DNA of 63,742 nucleotides, counting the filler, from Phoronis australis (Eukaryota > Animalia > Phoronida): assembly GCA_002633005.1 (NCBI GenBank). It is 5 parts of 5 records of this genome, joined end to end, with 100 filler letters (N's around TTAATTAATTAA, not from the genome) between each part and the next. Parts side by side here need not be neighbours in the genome. Positions count along the whole stretch, not along the records: positions 1 to 30,148 come from NMRA01000540.1; positions 30,249 to 57,890 come from NMRA01000980.1; 3 more parts are not named here. One strand, given 5' to 3'. Of this stretch, positions 28,701-40,000 are shown in pieces (position 1 is the first letter of the stretch; each line of letters opens with the position of its first letter). The translations under genes and the position numbers were made by a program. The notes below the pieces were generated by a model. That model ran no database searches, was not told where the DNA came from, and saw nothing but the letters and a program-made list of their open reading frames with translations.

Positions 28701-29295
28701 CAACTTGAGCCCATAGATTCAACAAAGCTCAATGCTCTTGCATTGGCATAAGATGCAACAGCTACACAATAGGCATTGCCAAAACAAAGATAACACAACG
28801 TTCATTTAATCGTGATTTCGAACTGGAAACACAAAATCTTCAGCGGAAAAGAAATCTAAAACAACTCAGTGTGTGAAAAACTACAAAATTACAGACACCC
28901 CTATTGGACACTTCATAATAGAGACCAGGCATACATTTTATATATGTGTTCTTGCCCAGGTTTTGGCGGTTCAGGCTCGGGCTCTTAAATTTAATGATTA
29001 ATTCTTGCTTTAAAACATACACCTTTAGAGTGCATCGCATAAAAACTTGCATCTTGGTTTTACTCTTTATGCTTTGCAAGCTGCTCAATTCTAATACAGA
29101 AGTTTCAGTAACAGACGGATGGGTTAAAATTTTCCTGAGTAAGATTATGAACAATAAAGAACAAAAGTAATGCAACAGATATGTACCTGAGTCTTCCACC
29201 TTGTAAGCGAATGAGACCAAAACTCCAAATTCCACCTTGTCTTTATAGCCTGGCACAGGAATTAAGGTTCGGCCAGTGATCTCTTTTTTGTCAAC
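7568..29295 (-). CDS. VARS1: Valyl-tRNA synthetase (cytosolic type), partial spliced gene; 17 exons found, 5' half and last exon not located
   Basis: GT-AG exons join in frame into a continuous ValRS sequence with recognisable motifs: [107 protein letters not shown], then a C-terminal coiled coil. Confidence 0.97.
8704..8876 (-). CDS. VARS1: VARS exon ([15 protein letters not shown]...[20 protein letters not shown])
   Basis: 173 bp; TTCAG acceptor and GTAGGG donor. Confidence 0.92.
10714..10828 (-). CDS. VARS1: VARS exon ([38 protein letters not shown])
   Basis: 115 bp; CTCAG acceptor and GTAAGT donor. Confidence 0.92.
10964..11066. repeat. Minisatellite, 33 bp x3
   Basis: Unit ATGACAATAACTGCACAGTCTGTTTACTAAGTT. 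Confidence 0.95.
12546..12830 (+). mobile_element. DNA transposon end fragment (CAGTGGCGGATCTAG family)
   Basis: Aligns by eye, in reverse orientation, with about 63190-63462. Confidence 0.7.
12964..13170 (-). CDS. VARS1: VARS exon (EYLKPII...[20 protein letters not shown]...PYPLVDQ)
   Basis: 207 bp; CACAG acceptor and GTGGGT donor. Confidence 0.95.
13243..13530. mobile_element. Degraded palindromic MITE
   Basis: Imperfect inverted ends CTAAAATGTTAGCGTTTTCGCCAG / CTGGCAAAAGTGCTAGCATTTTAG. Confidence 0.45.
14276..14431 (-). CDS. VARS1: VARS exon ([16 protein letters not shown]...[13 protein letters not shown]), anticodon-binding domain
   Basis: 156 bp; TTTAG acceptor and GTAATG donor. Confidence 0.95.
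14990..15117 (-). CDS. VARS1: VARS exon ([43 protein letters not shown])
   Basis: 128 bp; TGAAG acceptor and GTGAGT donor. Confidence 0.95.
15753..15831 (-). CDS. VARS1: VARS exon ([26 protein letters not shown])
   Basis: 79 bp; TCTAG acceptor and GTAAGT donor. Confidence 0.95.
16604..16725. repeat. Minisatellite, about 40 bp x3
   Basis: GGGCTTA(G/A)TGTTCAACA(C/A)ATCAG...TCTGTCC repeated three times. Confidence 0.85.
16969..17142 (-). CDS. VARS1: VARS exon with KMSKS motif ([25 protein letters not shown]...AKQGQ)
   Basis: 174 bp; ACTAG acceptor and GTGGGT donor; class I aaRS signature. Confidence 0.96.
17369..18613. mobile_element. Modular repeat, possibly non-autonomous Helentron/DINE-1-like
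   Basis: Repeated CCAAATTTCA... and CACTAGGGGGCGC-type modules; AACAAGAG start; terminal hairpin ATGTACCCGCA...TGTGGGCACAT followed by AAAAA. Confidence 0.45.
18744..19547. repeat. Minisatellite, 38 bp x about 21, spanning a VARS exon/intron junction
   Basis: Unit CTCAGTGAAAGGTAGTTGAGAATGAGAAGACAACACAC; only one variant seen (CTCGG, distal copy). Confidence 0.98.
19531..19656 (-). CDS. VARS1: VARS exon ([42 protein letters not shown])
   Basis: 126 bp; TTTAG acceptor and GTGTGT donor; the donor lies inside the 38-bp tandem array. Confidence 0.95.
21145..21215 (-). CDS. VARS1: VARS exon ([24 protein letters not shown])
   Basis: 71 bp; TTCAG acceptor and GTAACC donor. Confidence 0.95.
21582..21687 (-). 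CDS. VARS1: VARS exon ([35 protein letters not shown])
   Basis: 106 bp; TTCAG acceptor and GTGTGT donor. Confidence 0.93.
22439..22529 (-). CDS. VARS1: VARS exon ([31 protein letters not shown])
   Basis: 91 bp; TACAG acceptor and GTGGGT donor. Confidence 0.95.
23103..23261 (-). CDS. VARS1: VARS exon ([19 protein letters not shown]...WFAWMENC)
   Basis: 159 bp; GACAG acceptor and GTATTG donor; phase 2 to 2. Confidence 0.95.
23565..24886. mobile_element. Non-autonomous hAT-like element (1.3 kb) in a VARS intron
   Basis: TIRs CAGGGCTCAACACTAAC / GTTAATGTTGAGCCCTG; subterminal (T)TGCCC/GGGCAAG repeats; 5-bp TSD TCTGA. Confidence 0.85.
25488..25591 (-). CDS. VARS1: VARS exon ([34 protein letters not shown])
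   Basis: 104 bp; TGCAG acceptor and GTAGGT donor; phase 0 to 2. Confidence 0.93.
26527..26651 (-). CDS. VARS1: VARS exon ([42 protein letters not shown])
   Basis: 125 bp; GACAG acceptor and GTAAGC donor; editing-site motif. Confidence 0.95.
26712..26902. repeat. Minisatellite, 62 bp x3
   Basis: Unit AATTGGTATGAAAGGCTAATAAATGGCTAG...GGCAACCCTGTGTT. Confidence 0.95.
26963..27178. mobile_element. Short MITE
   Basis: Inverted ends CTGTTTCATGA...ACTTAAGAC / GTCTTAAGT...TCATGAAACAG. Confidence 0.5.
27948..28127 (-). CDS. VARS1: VARS exon ([24 protein letters not shown]...DKEFGT), editing domain
   Basis: 180 bp; GACAG acceptor and GTATGA donor; phase 1 to 1. Confidence 0.95.
29187..29295 (-). 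CDS. VARS1: VARS exon ([36 protein letters not shown])
   Basis: 109 bp; AACAG acceptor and GTACAT donor; phase 0 to 1. Confidence 0.93.
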
Positions 29296-30007
29296 CTGTT
29301 AAAATATGGAGCAAAACCACTACACAACATCTTCTTGAAAGCGTTGAGTGAAGAAAAAAGTTACACAAATATTGCAGTGCTGTAGTTTTCACGGAACAAA
29401 AGTTATCTAGCTTCATCGAACCCGTGATGAAAGAACAGCTGTACTAAATTGTTTGATAATTAGGTCAAAAATAGCAGGACTGGTTCTGGTCTGTCACACA
29501 CTCATTTTGAAACCTAAGCCTCAGCCTCATTGTTTGAACAAAGTAAAGTCCACCCCATCAATTTTAGTGAAGCTCTCTTCTTTCAAAAGCTACCCAGACA
29601 TATCTAAGCTACCCAGACATATATAAGCTATTTTTTTTAAAAACTGACTTGAAAACAACAGCAACAACTACTTCTTTAGCGACCTTAATTATTCGACTTG
29701 GTTTTGACTGCCATGGAATGTAGGTCATCACTACAACACTGCAGCCAAGTAAAGAAAAATCGTGGCGACAGAAAAAAATAAGACAGATCCCAACCCATTT
29801 CGACTGGCATCAGGCAACCTATTCTTTTTGAAAATTAGATAAATAAAAATAAAAATTCCCCTACCACGACATCAATTTCACAAAATTCACGGACCAGAAC
29901 ATAATTTGCTGTACTTTAATCTTATCACTTTTTTAAAAACTTGAAATTGCGAAGTGAAAATGACTAAGGATCATGGATTTCATTTTCGAAGCATACTTGG
30001 AAACTCA

Positions 30008-30148
30008 TGATTACCTTAAGCCACGGCACAAGATTAATGATTACCTTAAGCCACGGCACAAGATTAATGATTACCTTAAGCCACAGCACAAGATTAATGA
30101 TTACCTTAAGCCACGGCACAAGATTAATGATTACCTTAAGCCACGGCA
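30008..30148. repeat. Minisatellite, 30 bp x at least 4.7, running into a gap
   Basis: Unit ATGATTACCTTAAGCCACGGCACAAGATTA. Confidence 0.95.
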
Positions 30149-30248
30149 NNNNNNNNNNNNNNNNNNNNNNNNNNNNNNNNNNNNNNNNNNNNTTAATTAA
30201 TTAANNNNNNNNNNNNNNNNNNNNNNNNNNNNNNNNNNNNNNNNNNNN
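30149..30248. other. Assembly gap with artificial linker (also 57891-57990, 60006-60105, 62546-62645; plain N gap at 39872-40324)
   Basis: Uniform 100-bp blocks of N-TTAATTAATTAA-N, which place stops in all six frames. Confidence 0.95.
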
Positions 30249-30483
30249 GTGGCAGATCTACGATTTCAGTAAGGGGGGGTTTAGGATTCGAAAGAATCCG
30301 AGGCGCGTAGCGCCGAGGGGAAGGAAGGTCGCGAGAGGGTTTCCCTCCTCCCGTGTAAGATTTTTTGGGATTTTTAGTAGCTAATTTCGTTTTTCTGGCG
30401 ATTTTTTTTTCCAGTTTTTATTTTTGATCCTGTCCCGAGGGGGGGTTTAAACCCCCTGAACCCCCCCTGTAGATCCGCCTCTG
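30249..30483. mobile_element. GC-rich MITE (CAGTGGCGGATCTA family)
   Basis: Ends GTGGCAGATCTAC / GTAGATCCGCCTCTG; same start as 63712-63742. Confidence 0.7.
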
Positions 30484-31477
30484 GTATTATATGTAGTGTA
30501 TTGAGGACGATCAGAAGCTGAGGACGCCTGTGGAGCGAACACGGCACGGGGAATGGGTCGGAGTTAGTAAAGAATGAAGATTGCTGCAGAGAAATGTTAC
30601 TACGTAAAGTTTCTCCTTGTTATATGCTCTATTTCTTTCACATTTAAAATGTGACTCGAATTCTTGCTCGTCATTTAAAGCAATATTTTCTAGGTGATAA
30701 AATGTGTGAAAACCAACCATGATGGACGATATGCCGGAAAAGAACGTGTTCTAGTGCGGGAAACCCCATCGTTAGTTCCCGCGAAAAGTACTTTTCGAAA
30801 ATCTAGCCGATCCTTTTCCAACTTAGCATATAGAACTTTTAAAATTAACATTCTAAAATCTGTCATGTGTATTGATAATGAGAAAAAAGTACAGGGTATT
30901 AGGCGTGTATCTGTTTCAGTCAAATTCCAGGATATTGAAAGGTGTATTTATAATCTTCACGACTAGTGTTGATTCCAAGTCAGAGGATTTACTCATTGAG
31001 TGGCGAGGCCGGAGCCGCGGCCAGGCCTGCCTCAACCAGGGTCAGGCTACCGGAGACCTTACACTCATGGCGTCCATTTCAAACTCAGACAGACATAATT
31101 AATATCATTCGTTACACTTTGCTTAAGTCTATATCGCCATTTTCAAGTTTAACAATAGCGGATTTAGGGCCGGGGCAGGCCAAGGGGGCCATGCCCCCGG
31201 CCTAAAATTCTACCAGATACCATTTGACAGTTTGGGTGCGAATTGCTGAATAGCATGCACATGCGCGCAACCAGGAGACTCGGAGCGTTAATAAACACTG
31301 CATAGGCCCTGAACAAACCCCGTTTTTACCGTTTTTTAGTCCGCAAACCCAAAAAAATCCGGACATTACCAGCAATACGTAAACTAGGTCACCCGCCAGG
31401 TTCTCTGCATAAACTAGGTCATCGCTTATGGACCAGTGAGCGCTTCACACTCGCGTGTCTACTTGAGAGAAGCACCA

Positions 31478-31892
31478 GGGCCCGGTCTCTAATCTTTGTA
31501 CTCGAAACGAACTCGAAACTGTTTTTGGCAACTTCCCTGCTCCTTTTGTGCGAAATTAAGATAATTGGTTATCAGACTGTGCTGGAATACATTATAGTTT
31601 ATGCATAGGAGTTTCTAGTTCAAGTTTGCCCTTGAAGACCATTATATTCGTGCTACAAATTCGAGTAAAAACTCGAAATTTCGAGTTCAAACTCGAACTT
31701 ATTGCTTTAATATTGGGTTTACAAACTGTGAACTAAGGGCAATAAATTATCTACGTAAGTTATTGTGTACTCGAGCACAGAATAATAGACACTTATCTTG
31801 ATTTCGCCCAAAAGTAGAGTACTAGAAAATGCCAAACCCAATTTCGAGTTCCATTTCGAGTAACTTAAAAAGATTAGAGACCGGTCGGGCCC
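31478..31892. mobile_element. MITE with CTCGAA-rich interior
   Basis: TIRs CCGGTCTCTAATCTTT / AAAGATTAGAGACCGG; a related diverged inverted copy lies at about 38178-38460. Confidence 0.7.
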
Positions 31893-33496
31893 ACTCGGGA
31901 AGGTTGTTCTACAGTTTGTAGCCCAAAATTACCAAAGCTCAAATGTACTCCGTTAAAAAGGAAAAAACAAAACATATCATTTCAGATGTCTGGCCAATAC
32001 CAACAGTCACCACTCGTAAGCAAGTCAAACCTGTCCTTTTTACTCGTTGCCTTATCTCGCACTACCTCAATCGACTAGTTTTCGCAATGCAACAATACAA
32101 TTCTCATAAATTCAAATTGTATTGACTCCTTTCAATTTTAAACGATGCCCGAAGTACTTGGACACAAATTATTATTAGGTGCAAAGACGTCTTTTTTCTC
32201 TGATCTGGATCGTAAACAGCTCAGGTGAGTTTTCCTGGCATAGCTACTTTGGTTTCAGTGCCTAATTTTAGCTCCAGGCCGGTCAAGGGCCAATCCCTGC
32301 TGTGCGCACTACTAAGAGCAGTGGAATCAAACTTTTATATATGAAGCAAACGTTTATTAGTATACTGGTTTGAATATTATCAGTGATTTAACCAAAAACT
32401 TCGAATTAACTAGACCCACATGATAGTCTATGATAAAATAAATTGATATCAAGAGGCCAAAATTGGCAATTTTCGGCCACCCTATGTTAAATACAAAATT
32501 TTGTCTAATTTTCTTCAAACTCCTACATTTCAATCTTGAATATACTGACATCTCTTGGGTCTATCGGCAACTAACTGCACATGAAAGGCTTGTTCGAAAA
32601 TTATCGTATTCTCACATGCACTTTCGGGATTTCAGCGGCCATTCCAATGATCGAAGCGACAAAATAAGCCGAATTAAACTTTGGCCATACCATGTTAAAC
32701 ATAAATTTTCTTCCAATTTTGCTGAAACTTGGCCACGTTTTTAATAAAATACTTATCTATGTTATGCGCTATCGGCAAATGTGATTGGTTCCGTGATAAA
32801 TAAGACCCCCACGCTGTTTTATGCGAATCCCATGAATCTTTAATTGAAGGGGGCTGACTGAGTGATTTTCGCGCATGCGCAGTTCACGGTTTCAATATTG
32901 CTGGTAATGAGACCCCTGCATCCCTACAACTAGGCTGGGAGCGCGCATCTGCCGAAATTCTGGCTATTCCTGTGCCCTGCCCCCCTCACGGCCAACTCTA
33001 CTGGGTCCGCCCCCACTATATATATAGTGAAGCCGTCCTTGCAGGCTTTAACACATGACATGGACGGCGCTCCGCCCGCGGCAGGGGTTTGGTGGGCTAT
33101 AACGGGCCACTAAGGGGGCTCGGGGCGGGGCGGGGGCCGTTCCGTCAATTAAATTCGGGCACTCAGTCGAAATATCTAGCTGAGTCACAACGGCTAGCTC
33201 TCGGCGGCAAATTTTGTAATGCATCTTCCTTTAGTGTTGGCCTACCGCACGAAGACTTTGTTTTGTGACGTTACAACTGTCGGGTTGTTAGTGTGTAATT
33301 GAAATGTAGATCAGTTATCAATTTGGCAACAAAAAGTATACCGGTACCTAGAATTCGCCGCCGACTTAGACCCGACATTACTGCAAAAAAGTAATACTAT
33401 CAATGACTTAAAAGTTGCCGGAGCTTGACTGACTAAAAGCAACTGGTTTGGTTTTCAGACAATTCAATGAGTTTGGTCTATGGACCATCATGATTC

Positions 33497-34040
33497 ATGA
33501 CGGCGACATCCCAACTTGTTCCATTCTATAGCCCAACAACAAGTTGGGAAGTTTACCCCCGTAGCCAATATCTTGCACGACTGATTACAAACTCCATTCT
33601 GCCATGGTTGGAGGGCCTGCGCTCTTTTGTTCGATAATTGCTCTAATCTTCGATCAGATATCTAGACCGACTGGGCTGGGATGATAAAAATGAAAGTTAA
33701 GTTATAACAAATTTGAGCTTAAACCACTAGCATTTCTGAACTCCTCGACAAATGCTGATCACGTTCCGTTTTTTGAATCACCAAAATCGCCCAAGAAGTT
33801 AAGACAATCTCATATTCTGTCCAAACGGACGCACTGGGTTTGACTTTGTTCATGAATACGCGTTCGGTAATAACGTGCAACCTCCATCATTCCTTTGAAG
33901 CCTGGGAGATAATTGGCCTGCTTGTTATCATACGGGACAAAACAGTGAGCTGGGCAGTTAACAAAAGAGCCGGACGTTATCGCACGTTCAGCATCCCTCA
34001 CATGTGGAGAAGTTACAGAACGACAGAACGCTGTAATGTT
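33497..34040 (+). repeat. Dispersed repeat of about 550 bp, copy 1
   Basis: Inverted, highly similar copy at 54479-55037; explains the near-identical ORFs at 33810 and 54393. Confidence 0.9.
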
Positions 34041-37000
34041 TAGAGAATGAGCCACTAGAGGGCCCCAGTCATTTAACTAAGTTGAATACTTTCAATAAGA
34101 TAATAAGTGTCAAGCTCTACTGTACTCAGTCTGGAAAATATTGTTCATTGTCGTCCACGGTGACTTGAGATTAGAAAGCATTGGGGGACCAGTTACTATA
34201 GTTAGTCAGGCGTTTCAACCTGGTCTCAGTCCAGGCCTCTGCCGGAATGAATGGATTGGATCCCGCTGTGGAGATCGGTCAACTACTATACGGGTGAGCT
34301 ATTACTGCACACTATACAGTCCCTCACTGGTTCCCTGCGTAGTGTCCGCTAGGGGATAGAGAACACTCAGCTTCCATTATATTTTGAAGAAATGAAGTAT
34401 TTTTGTTCAGTGCAGCCATGGACTGCTGGTCGCCCGGGATCTATCACGCAAATATCGACCGAGAGCGGCATTACACCTTAGCCATAGTTACCGTTCCGAT
34501 TGCGCCGATTAAGAATTGCCCCCCCCCCACACACACATACGCTCCACACTCAGACGTAGCCTATAATGTTAATTACCTGGGTTAATTAAGAAACTCAATA
34601 TTTCCTCACCCTTTCAGCCGCCAAGGGGGGCCCCTCTGAAATCCGCCTATGTAACTACCGTGTTTTCTTGCTCTTGAAATCCCCGAAAGTTCACATTACT
34701 AATGAGAGAAAGCTAAAGTCTAGATCTAATTAAAACTTTGGTCAATCAAAATGGTGCACAGCATCGCAGACTTCGAGCAACACTAAACTTGATGCATAAC
34801 GGTGGTCGGCGGTGAGGACATAACGTATTGGGACCTCAGGGGTCTCACGCTCCACTGGCTCATCTACACTATTTTTCAAAAGGCTTTGTCCAGTCACCCA
34901 TTGTGGGTCATAAATCGAGATAATGCAAGTCATGTTTCTTCAGGCAGCTCTTATCACCAAAACTTCGGCTTCGTGGGCAATAAAATGTGATCGGCCGAAT
35001 AGATCTGCGATCCCAGACCGTCCGGAGTTGAACCATTGACAACTCCAGACTGTCTCTCACGAGGATTTAACGTTATGGGGAAAGATGGGACTCTCTGACT
35101 TCGTGAAGACTGGCAAGGACAGGGTGGCCTACTTACTGCATTTAGTTTCGACCCCCCCCCCGCGGTTTGCGAGTAGACCTAGTTCCGGTGTGTGAGGCTG
35201 CGGCGCAGCGGCACTAAATTTTTCAGTCGCGCTGTGAAATTATGCGATCTCAGAAAAGGATTTGATGAATGTATCGCGGTTGATAATTCATCAATATTCC
35301 TACTTCATGTTCTTTTAACAATGCAAGTACACTGTACGTACCCATTTTTCCGTATTCGTAAGACATGCAGGCAATTTCGCATGGGCATGAAATCCAAACA
35401 ACATGGGCGTTGTTTTCGTATTATACATTTTTGTAGATATATTTAATAACCGAAGTGCCGTTTATTTTTGCATGTACAAGCATAACAATTACACCCGAGT
35501 CCGAAATTTTAGATATTTTCGGTGTAGTGAACCATCGGAGTAGTGAACCTTCGAAGCGAGTGAAATTAACATTTGGAATTAGTGAACCTTTAGTGAAAAA
35601 GTGAACCTTCGGAATAATGGGCTGCTCCCATTTCCAGCGATGTAAGCAAAAATACATCAATTAGAGGAAAAATTACGTCAAGCCATTCTCCGACTAATAT
35701 ACAAATATTTCCGTCCGAGTACGTAATGAGGCATGCTCCCTCATTTAAATACGCCTGATTTGAAAGTTTGACAGGGACGGGTAACGAGAGAATGTTCTAT
35801 TTGTGGACCACGTTACATCAGAAATTGAGTCCCGTTCTTCGTTAGCAACTATCACAGTATCCCCATTTCTGGTATTACGAATTCCGTCTTATCTCAGGAA
35901 CAGCTGACAGAGATCCCGTGCATACAGATTACACTTTCCCATAATTAAGCTGCATCAAGCTCAGCCTTACCGAAAACTCAACAGTGTCGACGTTTGAAAA
36001 ATATCAAAGGTCTACCTTTCTAGAAATTCGAACCATCCCTCGCGTAATGCCGACTATGGTCCTGCCTTTAGTTTGGGGGGTCTCGAATTTCTGACCAAGT
36101 GAATCTTTTGCTAACAGAAAAGCTGGAGAACTAAAAAAACGGTGTACCGCCTTCAGTATTGTGAAGTGTGCGTCTGCGCCTTTTTAGTGGACTTTTGTCT
36201 CGTTTCCTCAGACTTTTCGTTTCTCTGAGGCTGACCTTTTTGCCCACTTCGCCAAATCGGTTTGTCCATTTTTTGTGTTCTTTGAATCTCGAACCAAAAA
36301 GTTTTTGGTTTCACGAATTTAATGATTCAGATTCTGGTCACTCGTTAATTGATACACATGTTGACGACGCACGATTTTTTCAAAACAAGGCGAACTTCCT
36401 CCCACCAAAGCCTATCAGCTTCGCAGGTGACATATCACTAGAGTCATGAGACACGCTACACCTCTCAAACCTATCATCAGTCGTGCGGAGAAATCCATTC
36501 ATTCGTCTGTCCGATGATCAACCATGAATTCGTCTCTGAGTAAACGCTGTAGACGCCTCGTCCTTACAAAAGCACATCGACACTTTGTATATTCTCTTGG
36601 TTGTATTTTCAATATTCAGAATTATTTTCATGGTTCAACAGTCACTTGAAATTACGGTAAGCCTTTGTTTAATCGACATAACTTGTTTTGTTTTGAACAT
36701 GAGTAGCCTTTGCACAAACTGAAGTTGGATAAATATATTTCGTTGTTCATACAGCCACAGTAGCTGGCTGCCACGGCAACTTGACATGCAACTTGACTTA
36801 CAGTAGACATTTGAGTAGGGACTAAGCCGGACGCAACGTCTATCTGTAATTGAAGTGAAAAACTACTTCAAATTAAAACCAAACAGGAGAAATTTACCAA
36901 AGTGTGTCGACAATTGCTTTTTAGATGGAAGAATAGCGAGCAGTTTGCTAACCTGTTTTGTTGTTACTTTGCACTTATAATTGGTGGTTTGCGCGAAAAA

Positions 37001-40000
37001 AATTTAATGATTTTTTCCACTTAAAAATTCCTTGAACAGCATCTGATAGCTATTTCAAGTACTAACTAGCACATATAAGAGATTTTTCGATGCCTGTTGA
37101 TTCAAAGCGTGCTTATGTTGTAACTGATAATTCGAAAGAAAGAACAGAAGCGAGGATTTTTACCGAAGCACCGCCAATTTGTCACTGACTTAAGATTTTA
37201 CTTAAGTATTTAAGGGAGTTAAGGGAAAATCTTTAGTTTTCCTTAAGTGTCGAAATTTTCGTTATCAGTTAAGATTTTTCCTAAAATAAGGAAAACTTAA
37301 GAAAAGTATCAGATGATAAGGAAAAACATTACAACTTTCAAAATGAGGAAGATATCATGATTAGTGATTTTTATGCTTCAATGACATATCCATTACTCGC
37401 AAAATCTTCAAACACAATTGCGTATACCCAAAAGCGAAGGTTTGAAGACCATAGTGCAAAGACTAAATGAAATGAGAAAACTACAAAATTCGTAATCATC
37501 AGACCTTGTATTTATTTTTAGTATGCAACTGAATTTTGACAGATGCGTTCCTAATGCGAATGGTGAAATTTCGTATTACGTATGACTGGTGTTGGAAATT
37601 AAAAGTATCTTCAAGAATTAGTGCCCATCTTGACAAATAGTCGACAACATCTGGTCGCCGTCCTCGACATACGTCTGTTTAAAAAGACAGCAGGCAATTT
37701 ATATGGACAGCCATACATGTCACCATGGATTCAGAAATGCTAAGACATATTTGCAGGCATTTCTAATCTGGCTGGTCTTAGGAACGAAGAATTAGAGAGA
37801 AACGCGCGTTTCAAGGACTATTAGAGTATAGGCCTACGAACTGTTAGCTAAATGACCGTAAGTTTTATTTTCTTTAGGTCATAGAGGGTGGGACGCCTAA
37901 AACAAATAATTCTTGCGCGACATTGTTCCTCAGACAGTGTAAACGTAACAGTTCACGGACCTCTAGAGTACTGCTTTCATTGTTGTTGAAAATTCCTTTT
38001 AAGGGAGGGAGGGACAATAAAAGGTTGATTTCGTCGCTCTGGTGCACCTGTGTAGGTTGGGTATTAGCAAAGCGGAACTTGGCCTCTTGAACCCGCCGTA
38101 TACTTTCTTGCACCCCGTAGTACTTTCTTGAACCCGGATCTTAGATCAACCATGGGCTACAGGAAACGCATAATAACAGGACCCGGGATCTAATATTTTT
38201 ACTCGAAATTGTTTTGGGCATTTTCTACTCTACTTTTGTGCGAACTCAAGATAAGTGACTATTACTTCAAACTTACGTGGATGATTTTCTAGTAATATAG
38301 TGTGTACCTCAGTTATGACCCAGGATTAAAACTAAAAGTTCGAGTCCGAACTAGAAATCAATTTTTACTAGAAATCTCGAGTTTTTACTTGGACTAGAAA
38401 CGCATATGCATAAACCATAATTAATGTGTTCCGGGCACGAACTAGTACCCACTTATCTTCAGTGCTGGTAAAATTAGAGGTAAGTAGGCGCCCAAAGGCC
38501 ACCGTATCACCTTGAGCACTGAACGTAACTTAGAGTGCGTAGGCGCTACGTTCAAATGCCAAAAGGTGGTTGGCTGCGCCTATATTCACCTATGCCCCAC
38601 TACAGCATTGTCCGACTCAAAAATGTAGGCCTATTTTTGACTCAGGAGTGAGTATTTAGAGTATGTAGTAGCTGATCTAGGATGTCGGGGAAAGGGGGTC
38701 CAACCACACATATTCGAAGGCAAAAGTAACGCCTAGAAATGAGATTTGGTCAGTGGCGATTTTTAGTCGCCCGTGGGGTGTGTCCTCGGGGCACTTCGAT
38801 CTCCCTTTATCCACCTATGGTGTGACGCAATAAATGTTACTTTATCTTGAAATATTAATAAAAAATTTCATTACTCGGTGGGATTATGTTACTTCGTACT
38901 CTTCAAAGACTAATTACACGAACACGATGTTACACAAGCACTGATATTTTAATGAGCTGAACACTAGGTACAATACGCACACGAGCATGCGTTAATGAAT
39001 AATGCACAAACTTGAAGTGGGGGTTTCTTGCAAGCAACTGTTCTTATTTTTCAATGTTAGCAAAATACCATGTACCAGTGACCAGTCCAAAGATAGAGTG
39101 CTTAGTTACGGAATCCTCCACAAACTTATTTTATCGTCAGTTTTATTCTTTTCCAAGTCACATGATCTCGATTGAGAACTATCAGCAGTTCTGTGTTGTC
39201 GAATCCACGTTTCGGCATAAGGTCGTGGGTCGAACATGGAAAGCGGGGGACCCATTGACCTTGCCAAACAGCAAGCTGGAGGTGGTTTCTAATAGCAAAC
39301 TAGGCAATGACCATCGCCTCTGTTGGCCCGAACCAGAGGCGATGCAGAGGCTATAGGCGCTCTATACGCCGGAAGCTTTTCGGCGAATTATGCCTCGCAC
39401 CGACTAAACCATCAGAGTCACGTTGTTATAAATACCTTTTGCGCGTAGAGGAACACTTGAGGAGCTTGTCGATGTGTTTAATTCCTTCCAACTCGAACAA
39501 ATACTCCCGTTATGAAACTTTTTCTTCGAGCAGTCCCTATTTCAGTTCCCAAAATCGTGAACTCACCATTTTTATACTGCGCACGCTCTAATTTTTACCG
39601 CGCTCGCTAGGTGATGTGGCTTCATGACTTCAATCTTTAAATAGGCCAAAGGTGAGCCATTGCGGTCTTGTCAGTCAAATGTTCGTTTCCAAAATGCCAC
39701 CACTTATACTTGTCTTTAATTGGCGTTACTTGAAACTGATTGTATTTCAATGAATTATTGTTTGTATTTGATAAAAATAAATGCTGTTGATATGACATTT
39801 AATAGTCTTTGTGCACATATTTGACATTTTAATGTTTAACAACACGGCAAATGCACGGCTGGTTCCCGGCANNNNNNNNNNNNNNNNNNNNNNNNNNNNN
39901 NNNNNNNNNNNNNNNNNNNNNNNNNNNNNNNNNNNNNNNNNNNNNNNNNNNNNNNNNNNNNNNNNNNNNNNNNNNNNNNNNNNNNNNNNNNNNNNNNNNN

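Noticed and set aside
30193-30204. Recurring TTAATTAATTAA palindrome
   Set aside because: Always centred in a 100-bp N block; a scaffolding linker, not biology.
32860-33200. GC-box/CpG-rich promoter-like patch
   Set aside because: No associated first exon; it sits among repeat fragments.
35040-35220. DWQG-containing stretch as a possible MyD88 death-domain exon
   Set aside because: An in-frame stop lies just upstream, and there is no wider death-domain pattern or fitting splice site.
36168-36640. Coding-like sequence on the minus strand
   Set aside because: Stops in the frames examined and no recognisable domain.
37170-37900. Possible Harbinger transposon relic (CTTAAG-rich tract)
   Set aside because: No paired TIRs or convincing transposase motif could be read.
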